A stretch of 64,000 nt of DNA, from the NCBI RefSeq assembly GCF_009914755.1, contig NC_060929.1. One strand, 5' to 3'. The notes under the pieces are model-generated. The model had not been told where the DNA came from. It was given only the letters and a program-made list of their open reading frames with translations, and did no database searches. A program made the position numbers and the translations under genes. Positions within the stretch are counted from its first letter, which is position 1. Each line of letters begins with the position of its first letter. Source of the stretch: the human T2T-CHM13v2.0 reference genome, Homo sapiens. Shown in pieces: positions 1 through 15,649 of the stretch.

Positions 1-477
1 TTATTGAAAAGCAAATTCCATGTATTATTTCATCAGTAAATACTTTGGTTTGTATATGTAACAGATAAAGATTTTGAAAGAAAACATACAATATTATCAC
101 ATCTAAAAATGATATAAAACAAAAATTCCTCTAATTTCACCTAAAATACAGTATTCACATTTCCTTGGCCATTTCACGCATATCATTTTAGAGATAATCA
201 CAATTCAAGCAAGATGAACACATTTGGCTGGTATCGCTTTTAAATCTCTCTTAATCTAAAGGTATATGCCTTCTGAATTGGAATTTGCTGAAATTTTCTG
301 TTTTGTTTTTTGGGGGGAGTATTATTTGTACAGAGGTGTAAAGCAGATTTTCCATATTAACATTTGGAGGGGAAAAGTCATAAATTCAGTAATGAAAAAC
401 AGCTGCAAATTTAAGGAAAAACACTTACTGATAGGCTTATAAAAGCTGTATATAATTATATTCCCTGAATGATTTGA

Positions 478-808
<331 letters not shown>

Positions 809-1279
809 CACGTCTGATATATTCTAAGTTAAGTGGTTTTTACTTTTCTTTGATATTAGGGTTATATACTGTACTTGTTTTTACTCCATACTCTCTTGTC
901 AGTGGTAATCAATTCTTAGTGTTCATTGGACATGTATTCTACAGCTAAATTCGTTTCTCTTCCTTCGAAGAGAAATAAAGGTTTTGTAAATATCATAACA
1001 TCTTCCATGTTTAGGTCAGGTTTCTCATGTTAAGAGATTTAATACTATTAGAATAAGAATTATTAATTTCCATACCATGCCCTGCCCTGTGTTCAGAAAA
1101 AAATTTGGCACTGTTTTTAAGGGGAACAGTGGTAACAGAAGTTAACTTGGCTGACATGTAATTAAATAATATTTGCTATATGATTGACCAACGCATAATC
1201 TAAGATACCATAATGCTTAAAAACTATATTTTTCATTTCAATACCACAATTCAACAGTAGCAACAAAATTTGAAATATA

Positions 1280-1330
1280 GCAATTCATAGTCACACAAAA
1301 TTCCATCAAATTTGTGTGACTATGAACTGC
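1280..1330. repeat. Inverted repeat, 23-bp arms (2 mismatches), 5-nt loop
   Basis: gcaattcatagtcacacaaaatt-ccatc-aaatttgtgtgactatgaactgc. Confidence 0.93.
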
Positions 1331-2455
1331 CTTTTTTAAATGCATAATTTCAGACTATGAACTGTTTTTTAAAAGATAGAATTTCAGAAACTCATTTATT
1401 TACATATTTTCACCGAAGATGACAAAACTGCCATAAAAGATGAATCTTTTAAAAACATATTACATTTTTAAATAAATTATATTTTAAAAATCATCTTATT
1501 TCCTACTGTGGTATATTTAATAATAATAATTAAAAGCTAAAAATCATAATCTTAGGGAAAAGTGGATAGATGTTCAGTGAACTCTCAGCTCTGAAACAAG
1601 TGAACTCACAGCCAGCAGAACTACTTACCACAAAGGAGGAGGAAGGGAAGTCGAAAGGCCTAAGGCTTTCTTTATCACAACCTCTTTAATCCTTCAATTT
1701 CTTGCAGATCTGTGTGCATGTTTCCTTTGTTTTTTTGGGTGACCTGGGTTTTTTGCCACAAATAATTGCTAGTTCATTAATAACTATAATTAGCATCTGA
1801 TTCAGCGGATTTGTCACTGTGGGGAATTTTACTAAAATACTAACAACTAACATTATGAGTACTATCCGCCAGTTAGGACAAACTGGCACATATTTGCTTA
1901 AGCCAATTAAAAATATTTTGCAATAAAAAAATTCCAACTAAAAATTAATAACAATCTCTTTTTAAAAAGTAGCTCCTTTTAGTAATCTAGGAAAAGGAGA
2001 GATGAAAATGGTCTGTTATGAGTACCTCAGAAGTAGCATAGAAATAGAAAGATCAAGCAGCAGGATGACATACCTTAAGGTTTAATTTAAGAATTAAAGC
2101 AACCTCATACCCAGAGAATTGAATAAAAGAATAAGATGGGGCATGGCTAGGCAATGGAAGCACAAAATACTGTCACACTTTAATTTAAAAATGTTTTCAA
2201 TTGAAGCAGACCCAGGCCAGTGATTTTTCATTATTTTTACCACAGTTCCATGACTACTGACATTTTCATCAGAACAAATAAAGGATTTTTCCTAAATTTA
2301 AAATGACAAAATTATTTTTAATTTTGACTTACAATTTCTCCCTCTTCCAAACTCAAAGGAATTTGATCTTAGCTGGACTTGTCTCTTAGCCTGGGGCCTG
2401 AATATACCTTAACTTTATAAAATGGAAAAAAAAAATTTTTTTAAAGATAGTTCTT

Positions 2456-2732
2456 CACCGGGCACGGTGGCTCATGCCTGTAATCCCACCACTTTGGGAG
2501 GCTGAGACAGGTGGATCACCTGAGGTTAGGAGTTCGAGACCAGCCTGACCAACATGGAGAAACCCCATCTCTACTAAAAATACAAAACTAGCCGGGCGTG
2601 GTGGCACATGCCTCAGGAGGCTGAGGCAGGAGAACTGCTTGAACCTGGGAGGCGGAGGTTGCGGTGAGCTGAGATTGCGCCACTGCACTGCAGCCTGGGC
2701 AACAAAAGCAAAACCCTGTCTCAAAAAAAAAA
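2456..2732 (+). mobile_element. AluSp-like with small internal deletion
   Basis: cctgaccaacatggagaaacccc; lacks tgtaatcccagctact block; TSD aaagatagttcttc/aaagatgattcttc. Confidence 0.9.
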
Positions 2733-4156
2733 GATGATTCTTCTACTATATTAGAAAAACTTTATCATATAATTTTTTGAATGAGATCACATATTCATGA
2801 AATGTCTGGCATATAACTTAGTAAACGTACATATTCAACAAAGACGTCCCTCAAAGCAATCTCTCCTTGCAGACCAACTTGAAAAAAGTCTAGCACTCTG
2901 CCAATATAAGAGATTGGAAAACAAAACTAAAATACCCTAGTAGCAATTAAAAGAGAGTGAGGAGAACTGGTAGGGGGGTGGTTGGGGAGGATATATCTAA
3001 GATAAGACTACTCAAGAGAAACTGAAATCCTAAATACAATGCAACTAACTTCAATCACAATAGTTACTATTATAATGCACAATTATCCTAATAATTCCAA
3101 ATACTGTTTTAGTAGATTTCAGATGGAGTGAATCAGATACTTCTTCATGAATTATGGTTTGTTTTTTTCTTATTATTGTTTTAAAACCAACAGAGTGACT
3201 TCCATACCAAAACAAAGGAAAGGCCTGATAAGAGTCTTCTGTTTCCCAGTTGAGTTCCTACAACACAAACTGGGTCAGGGACTTATCCCTAACTCACGGA
3301 AGAGTTGTAACTCCACTGGCTGCCAATTTTCGACAATAGCAAAAATCCGTAAGACTACTTGCTAGCCAATTTCCCATATTCCTTTGATAAGGAACCTGAT
3401 AGGACAAATGATAAAAACTGCAGAAGCTACATTTGCTTTGTGGCTTTTCTTTGTACCACTCTGGGTGCCCAAATTCAAGTGGATTACAAATGGGGTTGCT
3501 TCTTCCTATCCTTCGGCCTATAAATCCATGGGGAGCTGAGGGGCATGAGTACAGGGCTTCTTGGTCATGCTGCCAAACTTAACGTCATCTTTTTGCTGGT
3601 CATAGGAAATTCCATGCTAGCTACTGATATTCCATGCTAGCTTCACCCTGGCATGGTCATCAAGTGACAAAGTGATGGTCCTCAATGGTAATTCAAGGAA
3701 AGCAAACGGCGAAGAGTACGGACTATGAAAATCATCCTTCTACTTCTTGCTAAAGGAGAAGAGTAGTTCAGGTATCTAAATCTTAAGCTGTGTCAAATAT
3801 TGAAAGTAACTCTTTTAGGTTTTAAGTTATAATGGTACAGAGGAAAAAAGGTGGAAATGTGGAATTTAGCAAATATCAAATAATAGTGTTTATGTTCATA
3901 ACCAGAGAAATAATGACAAATAAAGACAACTTGTATCTACGGATACTTCCAAATGGGCAAAACTGTTACAAAAAGGAGAGCACTTGGTATACTGTAATTA
4001 CATACTTTGAGGCAATTTTTCTTTATTTTCCCAGTCAACTATAAACTTTCTCAGGGCAAGAAGCTTTCCCATCTTGTTTACCACTATATCCATGGCTTCA
4101 TATTCTGGTCTGAATAAATACATGTTGGATGAATAAAACACTTAATTGGCATATGT

Positions 4157-4890
4157 GTAGTAAGGAATTTGACCTAACCTAAAGAGGCTTAGGACTTTCT
4201 CTTAGCTCTTGAGGGGCGACCTCTAAACCCTTGGAATTTCCCCAGTGATAAAAGTGTCTTTGTTATTCATGGTGGGCCCTTTGGGACCACACCTGATAAT
4301 TTATGCCACTGAGGTGACTCATGACAGGTCCCTCAGATAGCTTATGCTAAGGAGATAACTCAGGATAAGGCTGGCCAAGATAGAAAGACCAACCATGTGA
4401 TTAGAGGGTTGGGGCGTTGAGCTACTTAATATCAGCCTGACCTCTAGAGACAGGGGAGGGCTGGAGACTGAGTTCAACTATGTGGCTAGAGTTCAACCAT
4501 GTGGCAATATTTCAAACAATCAAGGCTATATGATGAAGCCTCAATAAAGACTCTGGATGTCAAGGTTCAGTGAGCTTCCCTGGCTGGCAATAGTCCATGC
4601 ATATTGCCAGATTTTCATGCCAGTAGGGTAACCCAAAAGTTTCACATTTGGAACCCTCCTAGAATCTGCCCTAGGTGTGTCTTCGTTTGGCTGGTTCTAA
4701 TTTGAATCATTTTGCTAAAATTGTAATCCTAAGCACAGTGCTTTTCTGAGTTCTCTGAGTTGTTCTAGAAAATTACTGAACTAGAGAGTGGTTTTGGGAA
4801 ATCCGTAAAGTTACAGCTGGTGTCAGAAATCTTGGGCCAACTTAGTCTGGAGGACTGTGCCTTTAACCTTGAGTTTGGCTACCTCCAAGA
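4157..4890 (+). mobile_element. Solo LTR, MER21C-like
   Basis: Recognised blocks: ctctaaacccttggaattt...gtgtctttgttattcatggtgggccc, aagaccaaccatgtgattagagggttgggg, ttttctgagttctctgagttgttctag; ends approximate. Confidence 0.7.
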
Positions 4891-5599
4891 GGCATACAAC
4901 AACAAATTAGGCCTTTTTGTTTGTTTCATGGATTGTTCTTGAAATTCCTTACTATTCCTCAGTGTACCACTTTTGCATTTTGAAATGATCACTTTTCTTA
5001 ATGAGCCTTCCTGTACTGTCCAAAATTAAATTCCACTTAGGGTTTGTGATCCACAAGGATCAAATCTGTTATCTTTATGGTAGCTAAGTCAGAGCTCCCT
5101 CACTAATTTGCCACAAATGGGTCAGAGGTGTGCTGCGATACTGCCCCCCATGAATCCCCAAGGCCAACTGGGGTCTGTGGTAGCTGGAGCTCCTAGACTG
5201 GGTGCCTCCAACCTCCTTCAGCATTGTTTACCCTAGAATGCATTACAGGTATTGCCACTTTTCTACATGTACCGGCACACAAAAAGATTGGAAAACAAGT
5301 TAAGGAATCATTACTACAATTTTCCCATGACAGTGCGTCACCAACATACTTCTCAAGTATCAGATCTGGTTACACATGTTATACTTAAACCCTACATTGA
5401 AATACTGTTTCAGCAATACTCCAGTTCTTCCACACCCCAAGCCTTCAGGTATACTAGTTCCTCTTCTAGGAGCGTCATTCTTCTACTCCAGCCACCTAGG
5501 CAAACTCATCTTCCAGACTCAGTTCCAAGGTTACATATGTATATCTTCTCTAAGAGATCTTTGTCACCCAGGAGAACTTGGTGGATTTGTCTCTAGTTC

Positions 5600-6632
5600 A
5601 GCACTTACTACATTAATGATTTGACTATTTCCCTCAGTAACCTGTGAGTTTCCTCATAACACGCTGCTCTATGACTCACCTCCTTCTTTCACTGCTTTTA
5701 TTTGGCTTTTTTCTTTGTTGTCTTCTAAAGCATGATGTTCCCTAGGATTCCATCTTCAGTTGTCTCTTCTCACCCACAAGGTTTCCCTTCTGTTCCCCTA
5801 CCTTAAACCATTACCCATAACCTGATGGCTTTAGGATGTGTGTGTATGCACACACATGTGCACATGCTTGTATTCTAATTAGTTGGCCCTAATTTTTCAC
5901 TAAAATCCAGAATGGATTTTACCTTCTTACTGGACATCTCTAACTTGATGTTCCAAAAGCACCTCAGAGTAACATGTTCCAAAGAAAATTTCAATGTCAT
6001 TGTCCTTTCCTCTTCCTTATTTTCTATCTTGGTTAACTGGGTACCACTATCCAGATAATCATTCCGGTGCAAATCTCAGTTATCTACCTAAAAGTTACCA
6101 AATTCTTCCTTTGTTCTCTTCCTATCCAATTAATCTTTCACACAACTTTATAAAACAAAGATCTGATCACTATCAATAACCTGCTCTAAAATCTTCAGAA
6201 CTCCTTTCAACTGTTTCACAATATGGCTTTCAACCAGTAGCTACTTCTCTCTCCCCCAAAACATACATTTTGTACACTAGCTATATCTAGCTACAGAATT
6301 TGGCAAAAACATAATATACATTTTATCTTCTCTCTTTCATCTGGCCATTCCCTGGGCTGAAATACGCATCTCCTCTTCTTCCCTGTTGGTAAACTCAATC
6401 ATTCTCCAAGACCCAACACAAATATCGCTATCCAAGTCCATATTGATAGGCACTCTTTGCAGAATTACTTGCTCCCTTGTCTGTACTCCTATAATGAAGT
6501 TTTCTAGTCTTTTTCATTCACTAAACTGTGAGCTCCCTTAGGAAGGGACTATGTTTTATTAACCTGTTATCTGTAATTCCTAGCATAGTGATTTAGTCAT
6601 ACTGTGTTCAATAAAGCTTTTAAGTAAATGAA
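5600..6632 (+). mobile_element. L2 3' relic
   Basis: ggacatctctaacttgatgttcc...cacctcag...catgttcc; ends ctgtgagctcc...tcaataaa...aaatgaa; boundaries approximate. Confidence 0.65.
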
Positions 6633-7795
6633 ATTAAGCTATAATAAAGCCTTTCAGTCTGCATGTATGTTAGAATGCAAATATCTAGAGAATCTCACTG
6701 GTATCTATGAACAACATAAACATTAGGGGAACATGTGTTGTTACCTGCCTTACAGATTTCAGATATGAAAGCTCTTAGGTATTGCAAATTTTTATTGACT
6801 ATATTCATGAATACATTGCAAAATGCAAGCCTTAAGTAATACAGCTAGTATTCCACCATCTGAAAGTCAGACCATCTGTGTCTGGCTTTGCCAAAGGCAA
6901 ATCCTGCTTTAAACTCATGTTAGAATACTGTCAATTCTTCTTACTGAATGTTTTTTAAAAAGGTACCATCCACAATCAACTACATGGCTAACATAAGTTA
7001 ACATTTTTTTTTGAAATAAAATCTAAAGGGTTGAAATATTTCTATTTCATTACAATTTTCTTATATAATTCCTTGGAACAGGAATCTTAAGACATTTTCT
7101 TTTTTACAAAAGAATTTTACAGAAATAAAACCCTCATTAATCTGAACTCTAATTGAGAATTTAAGAAAATTAAGCATGGAATGAAGGATGGACTAAGTTT
7201 GCACCATCTAAGAAGCAAAAGACCTACCATGGAGCAAATAAGATTTTACAGGACATATAAATGCAGTTCATTAATTAAATAATTCTAAGGAGTTTACCAC
7301 ATACGGTATATACAAAGATTGATTTAGTATATAATTCTAAAGGAAAGCAGAAAGATATGGAAGAAAAGGAATAGAATTTGGAAGCACAAAACCCGGACTC
7401 AAGTATTAAGTGTACTATTGATAGTTTTATTTTAGTTATACTTTGGATTTTAGTATATATTTAATGTAGCTCACATTTATAAAAACCTGTATATAAAATA
7501 ATTCAGGCAAAGAAGTATAAAGAATAGATTAAAACAAAAACAAAATCCAACATCCCTCCCCCATCGAGCATCATGAGTAAAACTTTAAAAATCTGAATGA
7601 CAATCACAAGTATACCCATCCCAGATTGCTTTCCTTTTTGCTTCTGGCATCAGAGGTAACCAGAATTTGGATTTGGTGTTCGCCAGTTGCAAGTATGGTT
7701 TTAAACATTTTCCACATATGTATGCATCCATCAATTAAATAATTCTAAATACTTTTATACTTTCTACAAATGGCTTCCTATGTATTCTTTTGTAA

Positions 7796-8215
<420 letters not shown>

Positions 8216-8965
8216 TAGTGATAGATGTAGTTTCCAATTTTCTTTTTTTTTTTTCTTTTTCTTTTTTTTTTGCTCTTACAATGTGTCGGTGAACATTCTT
8301 GCATGTTTTCATGTGTAGCCACATCGATTAGTGAGTCATGGAGAATACATTATTCAACTAGAGTGAATATTTCCAAATTACTCTCTGAAATACCCACTGG
8401 GTATGCCTCCAATTTTTTTTTTTTTTTTTTTTTTTTTTGCAAACACACTGTTAAAACTAATTTTTAGAGAAGCCTACTTTTCACCACTTTAAAAATTTTA
8501 AAAATAAGCTTCCTGTTTTACAAAACCCAACAACCCTCACATGCAACCATTCAATAATTGTAATAAGCACACATATTTTAGATTTGATTTAAACTAGGTT
8601 AATACAATCAATGGTATGAAAATATGATCGGTGGAAAAACTTTTGATTGGCTGGTAACTGGATGAAGTGAAAACCAGCTAAACAATGGTTTCACCAAAGG
8701 TACCGTCTCTCTTTGATACACCTGTGAGCAGACCTGATGAAGTATCAGGTAAGTAAGTTTTCAGCTGGAGTAAAGGATAGCTTGATCATTTCAAAATACA
8801 AATGGATGGCCCTAAGATCAGGGTTTAGGGAAAAGCCATAGATGTTGATTCAGGGTACTCTTGAGTTATTATTGGCCAGACTTGGGAGCATTATCCAATA
8901 ACCAATTCCCTAGTCTTAAAGAAGAGAAGGCAAAGAACAAGATGAGAGATGGCTTAACCCACTGA

Positions 8966-9385
<420 letters not shown>

Positions 9386-10132
9386 ATACTTCATTATTTT
9401 ATAGAACGTGTGAATTACTGTAACACTATCCTTGGTTGTATTAAAGAGGTATATAGGAAACAAAAAAAGTTTGTTATTAAGGAATAGCATGTACCACTCA
9501 CTGCTCCTTTTACATTACTTTAGGAATATAACTATCTGTAGTTTTTTCCTTAACTCGGTAAGACACTGAAGGTACTCAAGAAATTTAACTTTCTTTTCCC
9601 TTTTAAGTTCTGAGGAACAGAAAAATTATGAAATCAATCCCAAACATTTTAGAGCAAACTGATATTTACTTTTAGTATGAATTCTTTGCAATAAAAAAAA
9701 AAAACAGTTATAATCCCATCACAAGCTTTCAGGTTTGGCGTGCAGTGACTTCTGCCTGATTTAGATATGCCCAGTACAAAAATGGCCAACTTTGCTGGGC
9801 AGACTAAGCAATAATCCTTTCTGTACAATAAGGGTTTTTCAGTCCCTGATTCTGCAGATCCTGGTGCTTCCTGAGGACCTTATGTTTTTTGTTTCACTGA
9901 GTCGCTTTTCCTGCATAGTTCTAGTATCCAATTTGAGGGCGGGAGGAAGGGAAAGAAATGGAATAGGTGACATCAACCCTATGTTATTACTGAACATAAA
10001 GGCCTTGGAGCCTCTCTACCCTGTCAATCCCAATTTTGACTGAATCCTTCCTCCTATAGTCTACATCCAGGCCAAGATCCTCAAATCTGAATCTATTATC
10101 TGTTGCCAAATCACTATTCCACTTGTTCCACG

Positions 10133-10279
10133 GCCATTGGACTAGATTTCAGGGTTTACAGCTACAGAATAGAATTCAAACATTTTCAGGATCATTATTT
10201 CATTTTGCCATTGGACTAGATTTCAGGGTTTACAGCTACAGAATAGAATTCAAACATTTTCGGGATCATTATTTCATTT
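10133..10279. repeat. 74-bp tandem duplication (2 copies, one internal mismatch)
   Basis: gccattggactagatttcaggg...atcattatttcattt starts at 10133 and again at 10207. Confidence 0.97.
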
Positions 10280-10474
10280 GATTTTCATAACAAAAAAAGT
10301 GTTTGGGAAAAGTATTATCTCCATTTTGTAAATTAAAAAACGGAAGTTTACGCAAGTCAAAGAACTGCTCAAAGTCACAATGATAATAAACACAGCTCAG
10401 GCAAGGGTGAAAACCAGGTCTTTGGGCTCCAGATTCAATGCATTTCACAAATGTCACTCTGTCTTTCTAAATGA

Positions 10475-10910
<436 letters not shown>

Positions 10911-12032
10911 TGAGAACCTATTAACCTAGGAAGGTCAGACTCTGATTTTTCCATAAAAACATAATCTTAAATAGTGAGTAAATAAATATATTTTCTTACA
11001 CAACTAGTTTGATAAGAAACAAAAAACGCAAAGGATGAGTCAAGGTTTCATGTTGATGTTTACCAGTTAAAGCAGAACATACACTAAAATAGTTAACTTT
11101 AACTGTTTTATTCACTTAAAATTTTTGTGACCCAAATATACAAAGTAATTTAAAGCACAACAGATCAAAGTTTCACTCAACATTTCTAATACCAGAGGTG
11201 AACAAGTTATTCTTATTTCACATTTATTCTTACACACAAAATTGTCTTTTTTCCCCCTATTCTTTTTTCATCCCTGCAAGAAGCATACATTTTAAGGATT
11301 GATGTTTATGTGTTTGCAGGTCTTGATTTAAACTCAGGACCAAATAATAATCCATTAAAAAAAATTTACTAAGTTAACCGGTTTGTTCACTCAGATACTA
11401 CAGCAGGAAATAAAATGTTCCCTCAATAGAGCTATCTGTTGGCCAATGGCCAGTCTCTGGCAAGACTAAAACATGCTGTGTTTATAAATAATATTTATTA
11501 TAGAGTTATTAAAAAAACTAAAGCCTTTCCTTATAATGATAATAATGTTTGTCAGGCATTATTTTTTAAAATCTCTGTGTTCTGAATATATAATTAAAAG
11601 GATAGGAACAAATAGTGACTTTTTTAATTAGAAAAATATTTGCTGTGAAAAAGCAATTGTTCTTTGGGTTTCACTGTAAATATTTTGTTAATTGAAAAAA
11701 TCTAATATACATAAGGAAAACAAATAACATTTACTAGAATAAATAAAAATTATAGATGGACTAGAAAGTCATCATTTAAACTAAAAAAGTTTCATCTCTT
11801 TATTTTAACAAACTTATTCAAATTATCCCAGTGAAATTATTTTCATTAATTTGAAATTCCATCTTAGGTTCATACACACATAGAATATCAGAGTTAAAAG
11901 GAAACATGGAAATCTGCCTTGCTATCATTTCATAGTTGAAAAAAAACCAAGTGATTTGCTCAATATCACCCAATTAATTAGTAGTGGTGATCTAGAAAGA
12001 CAGATATCAGATGGGTCAATAAAAAGGAATCT

Positions 12033-12391
12033 GGTTGAGTGTGGTGGCTCACTTGAGCCCAGGAGTTTGAGACCAGCCTGGGCAACATGGTGAAACCCTA
12101 GCTCTACCAACAAAAATTAAAAAATTAGCCAATAAATTAGCCATATCTACCAACAAAAATATAAAAATTAGGGTGTGGTGGCAGGTGGCTGTAGTCCCAG
12201 CTACTCAGGAGGCTGAGGTAGAAGGATGGCTTGAACCCAGGAAGCAGAGGTTGCAGTGAGCCAAGATCACACCAATGTACTCCAACCTGGGCGACAGAGC
12301 CAGACCCTGTCAAAAAAAAAAAAAAAAAAAAAAAAAGAAAAGAAGAGAAAAGGAAGAGGAAAAGGAAAAGGAAAGGAAAAAGACCCAAACA
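12033..12391 (+). mobile_element. Rearranged AluJ with A/GA-rich tail
   Basis: Left-arm deletion, duplicated linker; TSD aataaaaaggaatc at 12018-12031 and 12392-12405. Confidence 0.88.
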
Positions 12392-14119
12392 AATAAAAAG
12401 GAATCCTCGTCATTCATATATGTGCTTTCCATTTCTATTTTACAAGTATTGCTTTTTGGGTAATAGATGTATTACATCTTGATTAGAGAAAATCTGGAAA
12501 ATATTTAAAAATATGCAGAAGAAAATTAAATATAAAACATCCATAATCTCATCATTCAGAAAAGCTGTTAAAATTATGATGCAGTTTCTTCTACTCTTTC
12601 AATTTCCTTGTATTTGAAAACAGTACAATTGTACAATTTTACAAAATTTAGATTATATATATAACATTTTGTATCCTTTTTTCCATCTTACATTATACCA
12701 TATTTTATCTTATTAAAATATGTAATAAAAACATCTTAATAATTGTACAAAATTCCTTAAATTGTTTTTGCATACTTTTTGTAACCATCACTACTATCAC
12801 TAGACATTTAGGTTTGAACAACCATGCACATAAATCTGTGTAATTCTAATTATTTCCTTAGAAGAAGAATCTAGACATGAGATTACCTGGTCAAAAGGTA
12901 TACATATTTTGATGGCTTTTTATACAGATGGCCCAACTGCCATCCAGAATGATGTCATAATTTATACTTTTACCAGTGGAGCAGTGTATAATGCCTGCTT
13001 CATTGCATACCTCAGCAACAACAGATGTTGGTTTTTGTAATTTTTGCTAATGTTACAGGCAAGATGGTTCTTTAATTCTACATTTTTTCATTACTACCAC
13101 TGAACCTTTTTCGCATATTATCATCTATATTTCCTCCTCTATGAATAATGTGTTTATATCATTTGTCCACTTTTAAAAATATTTTATTGAAGTAGAATAT
13201 ACATAAAGTACACATATCTTAAGTGCAAAGCTCAATGATATTTTTCATAAACTGAATACACCCATGTAACAGCCCCCAGATCAAAAGACAGAACATTATC
13301 AGCACCCCAGAAGCTACTCTTGTATTTCCTTATAAGCACTAATTCTCCTACGAGTAAGCACTATTCTGATTTGTTATACCATAAATTAATTTTTCCAGTT
13401 CTTGTCCTTTTGCTCATTTTTATAGTAATAATTTGTTTTAAAAAGTTATCATTATATTATTATAAAACATTTAAACATTACAGAAAAGAACCAAAACAAT
13501 CAACAAGTCATTCTGAAACCATTCCATCTAAAGTAACTGTTAACCATGGTGAACGTGACATTTCTGTAACCACTGACAGATACACAGAGAAACAGACAAA
13601 TTATCCCTTAGAATGGGACTATAATCTTACTTTGAAGAAAAAGAAATGGAATTAAAACCAAAAAATAAAAAACCCTCCAAAACATCAGATAGATGTTCTT
13701 TGAGTATATACAAATCATTAAGAGGTTTGCATTTCATTAAAAACAAAAACAAAAGCGGTTTCAATTTTGCATATTACGGAGTGTTTTCCTACCTACATCG
13801 AAAAAATAATTACCATGCATCCTGTCATCTTTCCCCACCTTCTAGTTTTGGTTTCTTATTTTTATCATTTATACTCAATCACATGATCACAATTTTTATA
13901 GCTACTGATTCTATTACTTTGAATCACCCTTTCCTTGGTTTCAACAATCAGCAGTATCCCCACTCTTTTTTCTTTAAAGTAGAATCCATAGTAATTTTCA
14001 TGTTTCAGCATATCTATGTACAGCCTTAATAGTAAGAAGAAAACACAGTTTTCTTGGGTCACACTTCATTTCCTTTATAAAGCTGCACTAATGATGTACG
14101 TGTAATGAAAATGATAACA

Positions 14120-14360
14120 GGAAATATTTAGTTATTAGTACATATCAGGTACTGTCATAAACATTTCATGTTTGTTAATCATTTAATACCAACAACAATC
14201 CTATGAGGTAGGTAGCATGATCATTTTACAGATGAAAATAATGGAGGCACTGGGAGGTAAACTGGCTTGCCCGAAGTCTCTAATTTGTAAAGCGCAGAAC
14301 TCTGACTTGAACACAGGTGGTCTGAATCAAGAGCCTGTGGTTTTCACTGCTACATAATGC
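14120..14360 (-). mobile_element. MIR
   Basis: aacaatcctatgaggtagg...cattttacagatgaaaata...cttgcccgaagtc. Confidence 0.7.
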
Positions 14361-14384
14361 TTTGACGTTTACAACTAGAACACA

Positions 14385-14900
14385 ACCGGAGGGAGGGACA
14401 GTAAAAGATGCCACTAGCTTTAAGGAGTGAAGGCCAGGAATGCTAGATGTTCGTAGTAATGAATAGGGCAGATCCTGACGATACAGACTGTACCATGTCC
14501 CTCACAAAAGCTCTGTTTCCTACTATGAGAAAATGAAACTATTAACATTCAACTGTCTCATTAGACACGTTAAACACGTTGGACAACGTGCTTAAAATTA
14601 CTCAATCCTAGAACATTTCATATAAAATACGAAGTTTTTTTTTTCTTTGGCAAGATTTTAACAGGCTCAATTTTCCAGGGATGCAAGTACTTTGGTGCAG
14701 AAAAACTGTTCAGTGTTTGGAAAATTATGTCACTGATGGAAATACCACAACCCGTAGCATTTGCGTTGCCGAATAACACACCTATATCAATCTGCACATA
14801 TAGTTCTCACATTCATGAGTTCTATATACGAGTGCCAGCATCATTTAACTACTTCTAGTGTAGTCATGGTCAAACAGTTACATATCATTGAAAATATTAG
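14385..14900. mobile_element. Old hAT-Charlie (MER20B-like) relic
   Basis: ggccaggaatgctagatgttcgtagtaatg...cagatcctgacg resembles MER20B; degenerate, boundaries rough. Confidence 0.4.
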
Positions 14901-15649
14901 TTTATTATATATTACTTTTATTTTTTCTATTCAACTAGGACAACATGTTGACTTTAAAATTATAGATGTACTCTATCATCTATGAACTTCATTTCAGGAT
15001 CCAAAAAAGCTCCTAGACTTGTTGAGATCTCACAGCATTATATGGGAGTTGTAATTCTTGAGGGGTTTTCTTTATTTTCCTCTGATGTCTTCTGTCCACT
15101 TCTTTCCAAATTCAGACACATAATGAGGAAGCTTAAACTCTGGTTGATTCATCTTCTTTTCTCAGTACTGTTCTGAGGGCTGGATGTGCTATTAGGAGCC
15201 ATGACATTCTGCAGTAGAATATTCAGTTTATTTCTACACGTTCCATTTTTCAGAGTTCTAGCATTTTCTTTGTTTAAAGTTCTATTCCTGTCCATATTTT
15301 ATTGTTGCTGGTGAACTTCTGGTTGTCATTCTTTTTAGCGCTACTTGTTTGATCATTTTGTTAGCTTTTGGGGAGTGAGTGTTGTGGTCCTGCTTCACTC
15401 AGCCGTGTCAACTGGCGGTCATTTTTTGCCCAACTTTAGATGGAGTGCTTTTCTTTCCTTTGAAGAGACCATCTCAATAAATACTTTCCTTAGTATAAAA
15501 GGGTGAGTCTGTCAATTACTTTGTGATGAATGAAAATTTACTACAAGCTTTTCTAATCTCAACTGCTTTCTTCTTATTATTAATAAAGTAGAAGAGTCTA
15601 CACTCAGAGTCCATTATCACATATCGTATCACTTTGGAGAATATTCGTT

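Noticed and set aside
3400-3780. Moderately GC-rich stretch as a processed pseudogene
   Set aside because: No recognisable protein in the frames I read, no poly(A) or TSD; probably an old repeat
10133-10279. Direct repeats as a CRISPR-like array
   Set aside because: Two abutting copies with no spacers in primate DNA; simple tandem duplication
15050-15480. Purine-rich minus-strand tract as an extra AP3B1 exon
   Set aside because: Does not encode the expected next peptide (VSTPAFVP...); looks like a decayed antisense L1M fragment
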